DNA from: a virus
Lineage: Duplodnaviria; Heunggongvirae; Uroviricota; Caudoviricetes
Virus record (IMG/VR): IMGVR_UViG_3300031418_000001
Reading direction: 5' to 3' (one strand)
Length of the DNA: 64,000 bases
The notes below the pieces were generated by a model. It saw nothing but the letters and a program-made list of their open reading frames with translations. It was not told the origin of the DNA and made no database searches. Positions 36,302 through 46,895 of the stretch are shown piece by piece (within the stretch, counting starts at the first letter, position 1; every line of letters begins with the position of its first letter). A program made the position numbers and the translations under genes.

Positions 36302-37456
36302 TTAATATGGCATGTCTTCTGTAAGTGAAAATCTACTTTTAGTTACTAATCCAAATGTAGTTCCTACACCCTGACCAGTATGATATAACTTACCAGATAT
36401 ATTCATGAATGTTCCAAAAGTACTTGCTGGAGTTATACCAAGTACTGTATCTGGATTCTGTGTAGTGTATCCACTTACATTCTTTGAATACATAGAGTCA
36501 GTTGCAGTGTAACCTGTACCCCTTGCATAGTTTGTGCCTGCACCACTTGAATATATACCTCCCGTACTCCCAATCCCTAACCCAAAGTTGAATGTGGTTA
36601 TAGAAGAACCTACTATCTTTAGTGAACTGAATACATTATCTAATGCAGTTATTCTTGTATACGTCGATAAAGAACTGCTTGAATTTGTACCTAATATTCC
36701 AGTATTAGTTCCCGCTGCATATACCATAGTATTACCTGCTGTGTTCTTTAATAATATCATACTGGCTTGTGTACCTAATGTATAATCCTGTACAGTATAT
36801 CCAGTAGGATTACTAAATGCAGTGTAAGATACTAAATTACTTCCTGAACCTAAACTATAATTAGTACTGTTTCCACTTCTGTACATTATTCCAGAATTGT
36901 TAATAAATCCTGTTGCACCATTCATTGCAAATATAGTCTTTACTCCAGTAAATGCCAGATCTAATGTAGTCCACTGAGTTTTACTTAATCCTAACTCATA
37001 TGAATAAGAATAACCTAAACCGTAAAGATTGCCATTCTGTACTAATACCATAATTGAGTAACCAGCAATTTTTATATCCTGTATTGTACTAATATCAATT
37101 GAACTAAATGAAGATGTTACATCCGTCCAGACTGTATAGTATGTGTTAGTGGTAGTACTTGCAGTAATAGCACTCTTACAACCTACGTACCATATGGTAT
37201 TATCATTCTTTACTACTATACTTCCAAAATCAGCAGTGTAAAATAAACGAACATTTGTATTGCTTAAGTACCAATTGGTAGTAACAGAAGACGTACTTCC
37301 TGTACCTAATCTGTAGAAGTTTCCATTTCCCCTTGTATATAATTCTCCGTTGTCATAAAGTATTCCTATAGTATTACCACCTGAACTTACCTGCTTTATC
37401 TTCGGCGGTGATAATACAATATTCCCGTACTGACTAATTATTGATATTGGAAACAT
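36302..37456 (-). CDS. MFPIS-leader RCC1-like beta-propeller protein
   Basis: AAGGAGAGG RBS before ATG 37456; GELYTRGNG..YRLGTG. Confidence 0.85.
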   Translation of the reverse strand: MFPISIISQYGNIVLSPPKIKQVSSGGNTIGILYDNGELYTRGNGNFYRLGTGSTSSVTTNWYLSNTNVRLFYTADFGSIVVKNDNTIWYVGCKSAITASTTTNTYYTVWTDVTSSFSSIDISTIQDIKIAGYSIMVLVQNGNLYGLGYSYSYELGLSKTQWTTLDLAFTGVKTIFAMNGATGFINNSGIMYRSGNSTNYSLGSGSNLVSYTAFSNPTGYTVQDYTLGTQASMILLKNTAGNTMVYAAGTNTGILGTNSSSSLSTYTRITALDNVFSSLKIVGSSITTFNFGLGIGSTGGIYSSGAGTNYARGTGYTATDSMYSKNVSGYTTQNPDTVLGITPASTFGTFMNISGKLYHTGQGVGTTFGLVTKSRFSLTEDMPY

Positions 37457-37466
37457 ATTCCTCTCC

Positions 37467-38357
37467 TTAATTAAAAACGTACTGTTTATTCGTTCGAGAA
37501 CTGCCCTCATAACCAAGTACATAAAATATTTCATTCTTATTATTGCTCGGAAATAATGATCCAGTACTGCCAGTTATAGTACTGTTAACATATAACGTAC
37601 TCCACGTATTAGTACTTGAATCGTACTTTCCTAAGTTCATAACATTGTTAGATATACAATAAATGTTAGAGTCGTAATAATTGTATACCATCCTCCCAGC
37701 AATACTTCCATATAAAGGAATAGTGCTCCATTGTCCAGTACTTATATTGTACTTTTGTCCTGCACTTCCTTGACAATATAAATATGAACCATCGGTGCAC
37801 ATATCACCTGTACTGTTGTTTGCTATTGTGCTGGCAGTCAATGCTTTCCATGTATTTGTACTGATATTATATGAATATAAATTACTTGTACCAGGTGAAC
37901 CCCACAGATATAAATTGCCATCTCCTGCACTAACTAATTTACTATAAGTACTTTGAGCCGGTTTACCAATGCTTGTAGCATTCTGTGACCATGTATTTGT
38001 AGTTATGTTATAAACGTAAAAGTTATTATTGACTGCACCTTGATTATTCGTTATTCCACCAAAAAGATATATATTACCCATGTATGCACATAACGCAGAA
38101 CCATACGTACTTACTGGTGCATTTGATAATAATTTCCATTCCCTTGTAATTAAGTTAAAACTCCAAAGATCATTATATACAGCACTATTATTGTAACCGC
38201 CACATACATAAGCAATGTTTGTAGTACTATCATATGTATAACCAAAAATATTTCTCGGACTCGGAACAGTTGTAGTAGTATATAATGAACGTATGCCAAC
38301 AATGTTAATCTTTTCAATTTTATTCCCGTACTGACTAATTATTGATATTGGAAACAT
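37467..38357 (-). CDS. MFPIS-leader Kelch-repeat protein
   Basis: YVCGGY...DLWSFN...EW; IYLFGG...YNITTNTW. Confidence 0.85.
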   Translation of the reverse strand: MFPISIISQYGNKIEKINIVGIRSLYTTTTVPSPRNIFGYTYDSTTNIAYVCGGYNNSAVYNDLWSFNLITREWKLLSNAPVSTYGSALCAYMGNIYLFGGITNNQGAVNNNFYVYNITTNTWSQNATSIGKPAQSTYSKLVSAGDGNLYLWGSPGTSNLYSYNISTNTWKALTASTIANNSTGDMCTDGSYLYCQGSAGQKYNISTGQWSTIPLYGSIAGRMVYNYYDSNIYCISNNVMNLGKYDSSTNTWSTLYVNSTITGSTGSLFPSNNKNEIFYVLGYEGSSRTNKQYVFN

Positions 38358-38371
38358 TTCTTTCCCCCTTA

Positions 38372-39205
38372 TTATAAATTTGATGTGTTAATATTTGGAT
38401 ATGACCTGCCATCTCCCCAAATAATACGTACTGCACCATTAGAAGCAGTAGTAGTTCCTCCACCAGCTCCAAATGATAAAGTACTTCCCTTATCAATACT
38501 TCCAGCAGAACCACCGCCGCCATTTATGCCGCCAGCACCGTTTGTACCTTGTCCGTAGATACCAACTCCACCTCCTATACCACCTACTGTTCCAGTACCT
38601 GAACCGCCACCGCCAGCACCACCTGAACCCGCAGTACCATTACTCGAATTACCAACTCCACCCGATCCACCAACTCCAGAATATCCACCAGCACCACCCG
38701 ATCCACCAGTGTTTTCACCATAATAACCACCTTTACCTCCAATACCTCCATTACCTCCACCACCATTAATAGCATTCATATTAGTACCACCCTTCCCGCC
38801 AGTACCTCCACTTCCTCCATTAACCGCAGTCGCCCCTCCTGAACCACCACCCGCAATAACTAATATTTCATCAGATCTTGTAATAGATGAATTACCTCCA
38901 GTTATAGCAGTTGTTGTTGTAGTACTCACCGTTCCCGAAGCACCAACAATTATAGTTAACGTTTCTCCTGGAGTAACAGGAATGTTGTTTCTGTAACTTA
39001 AACCTCCGCCACCTCCACCACCTCCCGATATTCTGGTAGTTGAATTTTTATAAGTGTTTCTTCCACCTCCACCTCCCACAGTAACTGCACTAATACTTGT
39101 TACACCATCCGGTACTGTAAAATCATATGTACCCGCTGTCATAAAATCCTGCTGACCCTTCGGAGGTAATATACTTGTATTGCTTATCATAGGAAAAGGT
39201 AACAT
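38372..39205 (-). CDS. MLPFP-leader glycine-rich protein (fibre-like)
   Basis: FTVPDGVTSISAVTVGGGGG...VTPGETLTIIVG...GAVRIIWG glycine-rich domain pattern. Confidence 0.85.
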   Translation of the reverse strand: MLPFPMISNTSILPPKGQQDFMTAGTYDFTVPDGVTSISAVTVGGGGGRNTYKNSTTRISGGGGGGGGLSYRNNIPVTPGETLTIIVGASGTVSTTTTTAITGGNSSITRSDEILVIAGGGSGGATAVNGGSGGTGGKGGTNMNAINGGGGNGGIGGKGGYYGENTGGSGGAGGYSGVGGSGGVGNSSNGTAGSGGAGGGGSGTGTVGGIGGGVGIYGQGTNGAGGINGGGGSAGSIDKGSTLSFGAGGGTTTASNGAVRIIWGDGRSYPNINTSNL

Positions 39206-39234
39206 ACATACTCCTTGTATTTTATTATATCCGA

Positions 39235-39244
39235 TATTTACCCC
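39235..39244 (-). promoter_or_regulatory. putative late promoter GGGGTAAATA
   Basis: repeat motif upstream of the 39205 start. Confidence 0.6.
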
Positions 39245-39294
39245 AAAAAATAAAAATAGCCCGTACTGAACGAGCTATATTTACCTATGACATC

Positions 39295-39678
39295 TTATAT
39301 AATGTACCTGACAAAGTTATTGCTCGGTGTACCTAATATTCCAGTACCCAATAACCCATTACTAACCCCATTTACTACATATACGTAATTCTTATTACAT
39401 GTACTTCCTATGTTACGTAATTTGTTTAAACGAATAGCCGCTTTACGTATCTTAGAAGCAGATAAGCTAATAGCATCAATTATGTACATATCACCATCGT
39501 AATTGAAACTGAATATCTTATCGTTATAGGAACAACAACGGTTCCCATACGTATTAAAAGTACTTACCCCTGCACTCGCAGTTATAGTACTACCAAGTAC
39601 TCCTATACTTAATATAGTACCCTTAAGCCTTACGGGTGTTATCTTGCTCTTGTCAAAAAAGAATACTCCAGGTAACAT
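39295..39678 (-). CDS. MLP-leader protein, probably a truncated Kelch-type paralogue
   Basis: similar to the N-terminal part of 30190..31032. Confidence 0.6.
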   Translation of the reverse strand: MLPGVFFFDKSKITPVRLKGTILSIGVLGSTITASAGVSTFNTYGNRCCSYNDKIFSFNYDGDMYIIDAISLSASKIRKAAIRLNKLRNIGSTCNKNYVYVVNGVSNGLLGTGILGTPSNNFVRYII

Positions 39679-40760
39679 AATATCCCTTACTATATGATTG
39701 ATTCACGTGTAATCAATCCCCCTTGTAATATATTTAAAATACTATAAGGAATGGTAAGTACTTTTAAGCGTATTTATCTTTTATTGTGGGTTGATATCCA
39801 ACGGATTTCAACACACGAAAATGCCATACGGGAAGCCATATAGTAATAAAAAAGTTTTTAAATTAATATGCAAATACAATAAAGTACTAATACATAACAG
39901 TATCAATCTTTATAGTACTTTACATAACAGTATACATAATTACACAACATTATAGTACTTTACACAAGTCACTAAGATCGCATTCAAAGGCATTCAAAAT
40001 TTAGCATTTTATGTGAAGTACAAAATTATAGAAAGCATTATAATGTTAATGATTTTAGTGTAAGTTAAAATGTATGATGTATGCAAAGGTTGTGCCAAAA
40101 ATGTCGATTACCTTTTTGGAAAAATCTGGAAAGTACTCTAACTTAAAAGTGGATCGTGAAAATTTTGGAGTACCCTTGAGTACTCAGCTAAATGTTGGAA
40201 GTTTAATGAAAATTTCCTTGAAACGGTGGAGTCAGTCTGTTATATTAGACCTATCACGAAATGGCGTGATTGATACGTGCTTACGGATATGCCAGTACTT
40301 TATTCTGTCCGATGAAGTACTTGCATTCTGATAGCAGAGTGTGTAGTATATGCACTCAGGTAATGTGTGCTGGTGGATATGCCCTATCCCCCTTTGTCAT
40401 GCCACCAGCACACATACTACCCGTACCTTTATTGGTACTCAATGGGGATTTATCATTAAGAGCATTTAAAGTACTACAGAATGTACTTAGTGCTACATCC
40501 CTGTATAGTGTTTTAGTACTTTTCAGTACTTTCAAGCCATAGACAAAATATTCCCATGACAGCAAGGATGCTTCTTTTTTATAATGGTACTAAGGAATAG
40601 TACTTAATAGTTCCCCTCCCAAGATATACCCATTCTGTAGGTACTTTACTCCTGGAATTTTGATAAAATTAGGGTACTTTGATCCTGGTTTCTGGACGGA
40701 TTAGGGGCGTGTGAAAACGACCTAAAGTTACAATTAGGCTGCTAAGTACTTAACTCAAAT

Positions 40761-40833
40761 TGAGAATGATTATCGTTTACGATCTTAAATGATAATAGTT
40801 ATCATTCGTATTATCAAATGAGAATGATTCTCA
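40761..40833. promoter_or_regulatory. three Fur-box-like sites at 29-bp period
   Basis: TGAGAATGATTATCG 40761, TGATAATAGTTATCA 40790, TGAGAATGATTCTCA 40819. Confidence 0.65.
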
Positions 40834-41318
40834 TTCGCACGGATTTTGGCTGATTTGAGGATGCACCAAACGCACCGCTGATCTTAGATAGATCGGCAGT
40901 GTGTTACAAGCTCAAATTGTTTTTTGTTACCGCTATAGTACTATGATTGTTTAGTACTTGTCAAATTTATTTTTAAATGAGAATGATAATCATTTACAGT
41001 TATGGCTACATTTCCCCACCCTCTGGGGTAACGGCTTATCTGCCAATGAATATATAATATCAAAGTACTGGATTGAATGCAAGGATTATTTTGAAGTACT
41101 TTAAATGAGAATGATAATCATTTACAGTTATGGCTGGATTCCCCCACCCCTTGGGGTCATTATTAATATACCATAAAGGAAGTACTGACGCAAGGGATTT
41201 TAAAGATAAGTACTGAAAAAGTTTTGTACTATATAAAGGAAAGAAAGTATTCAAAGTACTTGCACTATATAGGATGCAATGATATAGTACTTCTATCGAA
41301 AACATGGGGGATAACAAA

Positions 41319-41594
41319 ATGGCTTCATACAGTGCAACTATGATTACTTTGGGCGTTTATGGCGAGCCTATCGCGGCGGGCGGTTCCTTTGGTAATATCA
41401 GTATTGACGGGCGTTTAACGCTGGATTCTGCGATTGAAGTAGCACGGGAAACATTCAAGCGGGAAGCCCAATTTAAGCACGCAAATTATCAGGGATTTGC
41501 GATTGAAAAAACTGAGCGTTTTGTGAACTACCATAATCCTAAAATGGTAGACACTAACTTAAAACCGTCAGAAGTACCTTACTTACTGCCATGA
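41319..41594 (+). CDS. early-region hypothetical protein
   Basis: own promoter, GGGGGAT RBS. Confidence 0.75.
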   Translation: MASYSATMITLGVYGEPIAAGGSFGNISIDGRLTLDSAIEVARETFKREAQFKHANYQGFAIEKTERFVNYHNPKMVDTNLKPSEVPYLLP

Positions 41595-41872
41595 TATTAA
41601 GTATAGTATTCAAGCCGTCAGAGCGTTCCTCTGGCGGTTTTTTCGTTTATGATAGTACTCGCGTACTGTTACGGATCTCTGAGCCTGTAGAATCGCTTAC
41701 AGACGTTTCCAGGGTACTTGATGATGCGATTCTACAGTTATTCAATGCGGGGCATAGGGGATTAGTACATATACAATTCTACGAGTATTATCGTCCGTAT
41801 GAGTGTATAAAAGGATACTTAGAATTTAAAAAGAATTACCCGAAGTACTTAAATGTACTTGACGTTAAGTAA
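41591..41872 (+). CDS. hypothetical protein
   Basis: ATGA coupling, but overlaps a terminator-like hairpin. Confidence 0.45.
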   Translation: MILSIVFKPSERSSGGFFVYDSTRVLLRISEPVESLTDVSRVLDDAILQLFNAGHRGLVHIQFYEYYRPYECIKGYLEFKKNYPKYLNVLDVK

Positions 41873-41912
41873 TATAATGTAGTACTATGTACGTATTGAA
41901 ACAGGGGGATAT

Positions 41913-42332
41913 ATGAATACCGAACAAATTAAAGCAGTATTAGTAGTACTTAAGAATATGCAGACTTGTATCAGTACGCAGGATACTTACCTTCCTGGCG
42001 TTGGGGATTGGGATAACAAGGATGATGATTATCGTTCACCGTTCAATCTGAGCGTTGCGGGTAGCGTGTGCTGGCATGTATATGCACATACGCACGGCGA
42101 TTTAGGGATCGGCTATGACTTCCTTAAACCTGTATTCCTGGAGTTAGGTTATAAGGATTGTGATTATCCGGTAGAAAGTACTTTAATGCCAGACGGGTCT
42201 ATTGATCAGTGGTTACAATACCGCCATAAGATTAACCCGTATAACCTGTACTTTAAAGACATTGAAGAATGTAAGATCCGTTGTAAGCTGGTGGATCAAT
42301 TAGTAGAGTACTTTGAGAATAAGCTAAAATAA
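41913..42332 (+). CDS. early-region hypothetical protein
   Basis: own promoter, GGGGGAT RBS. Confidence 0.75.
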   Translation: MNTEQIKAVLVVLKNMQTCISTQDTYLPGVGDWDNKDDDYRSPFNLSVAGSVCWHVYAHTHGDLGIGYDFLKPVFLELGYKDCDYPVESTLMPDGSIDQWLQYRHKINPYNLYFKDIEECKIRCKLVDQLVEYFENKLK

Positions 42333-42338
42333 TTTATT

Positions 42339-42376
42339 AAAAGTACCTTGTAATTTGTTATAGGGTACTTTATAAT
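42339..42376 (+). promoter_or_regulatory. stem-loop promoter cassette AAAGTACC-TTGTAA...GGTACTTTATAAT
   Basis: identical copies near 42736, 57613 and 57997 plus many variants; -35/-10 embedded in an inverted repeat. Confidence 0.8.
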
Positions 42377-42399
42377 GATGTTATTCGATAGGGGGATAT

Positions 42400-42726
42400 A
42401 TGAGTACTGTACAAGTTAATCGGGTTAATAACCTGGAAAATGAGTTTATCGCTAATGCGATTAGTATTGATGTTAATGGTACTGTAAGCATTAACCACGG
42501 GTATAATTCAGGCGGTTACGCATCGCACCAGTACTTTATCACTAAGGACGGTGGAACGCTTGCGATTCAAACTGTTATCGACGAAATTGATAACGTAGAC
42601 TTTAACGATGAATTTGATCCGCAATGGTACATTGTAGGCGTTGAAGTGAATTATGAGGATCAAGATCTTTGGGATTCCCATAATGGTTGTTTGATTGAGC
42701 CAGCATACAACCAGGAAGAAGAATAA
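42400..42726 (+). CDS. early-region hypothetical protein
   Basis: GGGGGAT RBS. Confidence 0.75.
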   Translation: MSTVQVNRVNNLENEFIANAISIDVNGTVSINHGYNSGGYASHQYFITKDGGTLAIQTVIDEIDNVDFNDEFDPQWYIVGVEVNYEDQDLWDSHNGCLIEPAYNQEEE

Positions 42727-42802
42727 TTTATTATCAAAAGTACCTTGTAATTTGTTATAGGGTACTTTATAATAAGTTATACATTGAACGGGGGATATAA
42801 AA

Positions 42803-43039
42803 ATGGGTTCACAACGTATTAGCGAAAAAGACATTGAATCACAAATTAACATCATTAACGCAATGTACAAAAATCGTGGCGTTAATGTAGTACTTAAATC
42901 TAATCCGCGTAATGGTTATGCAGGCGTGGATTATAATAAAGACGGTGCCGGTACTATGACGCTGATTTGTATGGAGTCAAACCGTAATACTTATAACCAG
43001 TTGGAAACGCTTATTAATGGCATCCAGCTAATGGGCTAA
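42803..43039 (+). CDS. early-region hypothetical protein
   Basis: GGGGGAT RBS. Confidence 0.75.
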   Translation: MGSQRISEKDIESQINIINAMYKNRGVNVVLKSNPRNGYAGVDYNKDGAGTMTLICMESNRNTYNQLETLINGIQLMG

Positions 43040-43317
43040 AACGGCCCAGGGAAGCATAACAGGCGATTCTGTAAAGTACTTAATCCGTTTGGTTGAGTAC
43101 TTTACAGAGTGGCCTGTAGTGCGTTCTGTGAGCTTGTAAATGCGAATGATTATCATTTACACTTATGGATAGTTCTCCCCGCCCCTTGGGGTCATGTTTA
43201 GAATAGCAAAGATGGGTACTGTAGTCAAGGAAAAGAAATAATAAAAGTACTTAAAAATACCTTGCAAATGATATATTGTTTTGGTACTATTATTACATCG
43301 AAAACAAGGGGGAATAT

Positions 43318-43551
43318 ATGGACGAACGTATTAAGATTTGTGAAGTACTTGGTGCTATTTTAAACTCATTTAACATGAGTGAAATTAACAAGCTCAAACA
43401 ACAGCATGAGAATGGCTGGAAAGAATATTTAAACGGCAATCGTAATTCACAGCTTGCTGCTGATCAAGAAATGACTAAGGTTATTACTGACCTGGTTAAT
43501 GGTCTTGATCCGGTACGCGTAGAGTATATTCTTAAAGCGATTAATAAGTAG
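43318..43551 (+). CDS. early-region hypothetical protein
   Basis: GGGGGAAT RBS. Confidence 0.75.
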   Translation: MDERIKICEVLGAILNSFNMSEINKLKQQHENGWKEYLNGNRNSQLAADQEMTKVITDLVNGLDPVRVEYILKAINK

Positions 43552-43622
43552 TATTAAAAGTACCTTGACTTATATATCAGGGTACTTTATAATGTACTTA
43601 TCGTAACAAGGGGGATATAAAA

Positions 43623-43814
43623 ATGGCTAAATGTACTATTTGTGGTAAAGAGATTGTTTTAAATCCGTCTGCGGCAGAACGTGCGGCGAAGTTTGGCGGG
43701 AAGCCGTCTGACTATACTAAACTGTTTACTACGCACTCTGATTGTGCAGTTAAACAGCGTTCCCAGGAAAGTACTGATTTAATGCGTCGGATTGCTGCGG
43801 AGGGGAAGAAATGA
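43623..43814 (+). CDS. small zinc-binding hypothetical protein
   Basis: CTIC...HSDC; GGGGGAT RBS. Confidence 0.75.
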   Translation: MAKCTICGKEIVLNPSAAERAAKFGGKPSDYTKLFTTHSDCAVKQRSQESTDLMRRIAAEGKK

Positions 43815-44065
43815 AAACGATTGTTATGGGTACTTATACTTATACGCCTGAAGCCGTATTAAAAGCATTCGTACACATTCAGGAACGTTTCCCTGATCTT
43901 AAAAAGGTAGAGTACGACGAAGAAGGTAACTGGTTATATTCTAATGCTGATGGTACTTTTCCGGCGTTTGATGGTCGAACTGATTGGTTAGATCAATCGG
44001 TACTGGAAGCAGGATCGGACGCTGCTTATTCAGTAGGCTATCCGGTTTGTTTCACATTAGCTTAA
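43811..44065 (+). CDS. hypothetical protein
   Basis: GGAGG RBS; ATGA coupling. Confidence 0.7.
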   Translation: MKTIVMGTYTYTPEAVLKAFVHIQERFPDLKKVEYDEEGNWLYSNADGTFPAFDGRTDWLDQSVLEAGSDAAYSVGYPVCFTLA

Positions 44066-44142
44066 GTACTATTAAAAGTGCCTTGCAATTATATTCAGGG
44101 TACTTTATAATGTACTTATTCAATGAAGTGGGGATTAAAGAA

Positions 44143-44388
44143 ATGAAAAGAAATAATGCAAAAGAACGTTTTCAGTCATTGATTGAAGGCCCACAAGTGT
44201 CGGATGCAGTTTCATTAATTCAGATTGCTGAAACACTTAATGAAATGTGCATTAATAAAGGTACTTTACGCGATCACTTTGCAGGACAGGCAATGATGGC
44301 CTATATTGCAGAAGGTAAATCTATACGCGACATACCTCACCTGGCATATGATATGGCTGACAGTATGATTGAGGCAAGAAAAAAATGA
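44143..44388 (+). CDS. conserved phage protein (TLRDxFA...AYxxADxM family)
   Basis: TLRDHFAGQAM...AYDMADSMIEARK. Confidence 0.75.
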   Translation: MKRNNAKERFQSLIEGPQVSDAVSLIQIAETLNEMCINKGTLRDHFAGQAMMAYIAEGKSIRDIPHLAYDMADSMIEARKK

Positions 44389-44663
44389 AACGCCAATTTG
44401 CTGGTAGTACTGATTTAGTACAGTACTTTAATACTAACCGTACTGAATACAAAGATAAAGCCATTGCTTTTATGGATGATATTGTGCAGTTAAATCGTGA
44501 TATGAACTATGACGATTTAGCAACAATTGTTTCTCCTGAATTCTATGATGATATTCATAGCGATATGTCATTAGATGATGTACTTGATAAGCATTTTATG
44601 GTTCACTTGGAAGAACATAAACGCGAATCATTCATTGCTTTACACGATTTTTATAATCGTTAA
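44385..44663 (+). CDS. hypothetical protein
   Basis: coupled ORF. Confidence 0.7.
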   Translation: MKRQFAGSTDLVQYFNTNRTEYKDKAIAFMDDIVQLNRDMNYDDLATIVSPEFYDDIHSDMSLDDVLDKHFMVHLEEHKRESFIALHDFYNR

Positions 44664-44736
44664 GTACCTACAAAGTACTTGTGATATATTAGCGAGTACT
44701 TTATAATGTACTTATTGTAACAAGGGGGATACACAA

Positions 44737-45225
44737 ATGAACAAGCCTAATATTCATCCGGTAACTGGTATTGCATACGGCGTAATTAACGCTAATAATC
44801 TTGATGGTGATGTACTTCATTCTATCAGTTTTGAAAATGGCATTGATATGGATTATGTCGATGCTCAGGCTGATTGGGCTAAACCTCTCGGCTTTGTTGC
44901 TCCGGTGGCTGATCCTGGTGAAAGTACTTACCAGTACTATAAACGTGTACAGGATGAATTAAACCAATTCGATGCTGAATGGCATACCTTTGAGCAAGAG
45001 AATGAAGATTTCACAGGTACTTCATTTTGTGCGAACTATGAAGGCGTGGACACTCTTTATAGTACTGAAGGTAATACAGTAATGGTTACTTACTCACCAC
45101 ACGTTAACAAAGTACAGCAATGTTCGCCTTGCTTCCCTAATGCTGGCGATCTCGATAACCCTGATGAAAATGGAATTATGGCCTATATGGTTCCTCTCAC
45201 CTGGTTATATAACGAATATAACTGA
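44737..45225 (+). CDS. early-region hypothetical protein
   Basis: GGGGGAT RBS; TGIAYGVI and CSPCFPNAGDLD motifs. Confidence 0.75.
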   Translation: MNKPNIHPVTGIAYGVINANNLDGDVLHSISFENGIDMDYVDAQADWAKPLGFVAPVADPGESTYQYYKRVQDELNQFDAEWHTFEQENEDFTGTSFCANYEGVDTLYSTEGNTVMVTYSPHVNKVQQCSPCFPNAGDLDNPDENGIMAYMVPLTWLYNEYN

Positions 45226-45494
45226 TTCTAACGCATTACAGGCGATTTAATAAAGTACTTAAAGGAATGTATCAAGTACTTTATTAAATCGCCTGTAATG
45301 CTTTCTGCTGCGTTTAAATGCGAATGATTATCATTTACATTAATACTTACTCCTTGCCACCCCTTGGGGCCATGTATAGAATAACAAAAGAAGTACTTAA
45401 AAGCAAGGGATATTTTAAAGAAAATAAGTTAAAAGTACCTTGCAAATGATATATGTTTTTGGTACTATTATTACATCGAAACAAAGGGGGATAT

Positions 45495-45689
45495 ATGGAA
45501 AAGTTAAAGTTATTCAAAATTCAAGTGCAGTTAGCTCGTCAGTACTTAACTGGCAAAGATTCTTGCTTTAAGTTTTCGCGTGATTTGTCAGCACGTCACG
45601 CCAGCAATGCTGAAAAAACTTTGGATCTTAATCTTGATCCTTCTATGTGCCTGGAAGATCGTATTAAGTGGATGGAAGCATTTAACTAA
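45495..45689 (+). CDS. early-region hypothetical protein
   Basis: GGGGGAT RBS. Confidence 0.7.
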   Translation: MEKLKLFKIQVQLARQYLTGKDSCFKFSRDLSARHASNAEKTLDLNLDPSMCLEDRIKWMEAFN

Positions 45690-45759
45690 GTACATTAATA
45701 GTACTTTACTTATATGGTAGAGTACTATATAATGAACTTATTCAATAGGGGATAGAATA

Positions 45760-45951
45760 ATGAAACGTTATATTAATACCAAAACCGCTGGTAAGACTGA
45801 GACTATTGACGAGTTTAACAGTACTGACTACAGTACCATTAAAGAGTTCAACGCCGCTATAGCTACTCGCGTGGGATCATACAGAATGACTTTTAAATCT
45901 TCTGATGTTTATGTTTCATCGCGTAGTACTAAAGATTGGACGGGGAATTAA
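45760..45951 (+). CDS. early-region hypothetical protein
   Basis: GGGGAT RBS. Confidence 0.7.
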   Translation: MKRYINTKTAGKTETIDEFNSTDYSTIKEFNAAIATRVGSYRMTFKSSDVYVSSRSTKDWTGN

Positions 45952-45953
45952 TC

Positions 45954-46172
45954 ATGGCTAAACATTTTAATACCAGAAGTAAAGAATCAAAAGGTTTATT
46001 ATTCATTGATTCTGAAGTCTTTAATAAAGAATTACCAGCAGGTACTACACTGGCAGACATTAAAGATCTTTTTCAGATCAAAGGTAACTTGAGAAAGAAT
46101 GCTGATTATGGCAATTCAGTACAATATAAGTTGACAGATAGCTATTATAGTTTCACTATAAAATTTCTTTAA
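45954..46172 (+). CDS. hypothetical protein
   Basis: GGGGAAT RBS. Confidence 0.7.
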   Translation: MAKHFNTRSKESKGLLFIDSEVFNKELPAGTTLADIKDLFQIKGNLRKNADYGNSVQYKLTDSYYSFTIKFL

Positions 46173-46244
46173 GTACCTACAAAGTACCTTGCAAATAGTA
46201 TCAGGGTACTTTATAATGTACTTATTGAAACGGGGGATAAGAAT

Positions 46245-46667
46245 ATGAGTACTCCATGCGTTATCGGTGTAAAAGAAGGCGAGAAAGTTACCTGGGTACA
46301 TGTACACGGCGATGGCGGTATTAATGTAACTGGTCTGCGTCTGGTTAATCATTATGAGACTTTGGATAAAGCAAAGGATCTTATTGCTGGTGGCGATTTT
46401 GCTTACCTGGAAACAAATAAAGATAACATCCGGTACTATGCTGAAGCAGGCGAAAGGAATGTTGATCCACAAGTAGCAGATCTGTTTATGTTCTATCGTT
46501 GCAACAAATCCATTATTAAGTACTTGTATGAAGATGGGTTATGGTACGGCGTTAAATGGTTATATCATAAGCCAGGTGAGTATGTTCCTTTCATGGAACA
46601 ATATAAACTTGAACCGTTAAACTACGCACTGGAACATAGTATTAATCCTTTTGACAGTAATGATTAA
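46245..46667 (+). CDS. conserved phage hypothetical protein
   Basis: MST..IG...HxDG...G..L..HY...LI..GD pattern. Confidence 0.75.
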   Translation: MSTPCVIGVKEGEKVTWVHVHGDGGINVTGLRLVNHYETLDKAKDLIAGGDFAYLETNKDNIRYYAEAGERNVDPQVADLFMFYRCNKSIIKYLYEDGLWYGVKWLYHKPGEYVPFMEQYKLEPLNYALEHSINPFDSND

Positions 46668-46895
46668 GGTAAACAATTATGACACGTTTTGATTATTGTC
46701 GTGAATGTGGTGAACGTTGTAAAGTACTTAATAATGGCGTTTCTCATCATGTTGACGAAAATGATAACATTGATTATGATGCTGATTCGGAACATGTAGC
46801 AATACCAGAAACTGAATAAGTTTATTAAAAGTACCTTGCAAATAGTATCAGGGTACTTTATAATAAGTTTACAGTAAACCAATGGGGATTGGAAA

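Noticed and set aside
38473-38775. His/Gln-rich and Val-rich ORFs
   Set aside because: They are alternative frames of the Gly-rich gene.
40074-41317. Short ORFs in the junction region
   Set aside because: They have no RBS, overlap each other and run through repeats.
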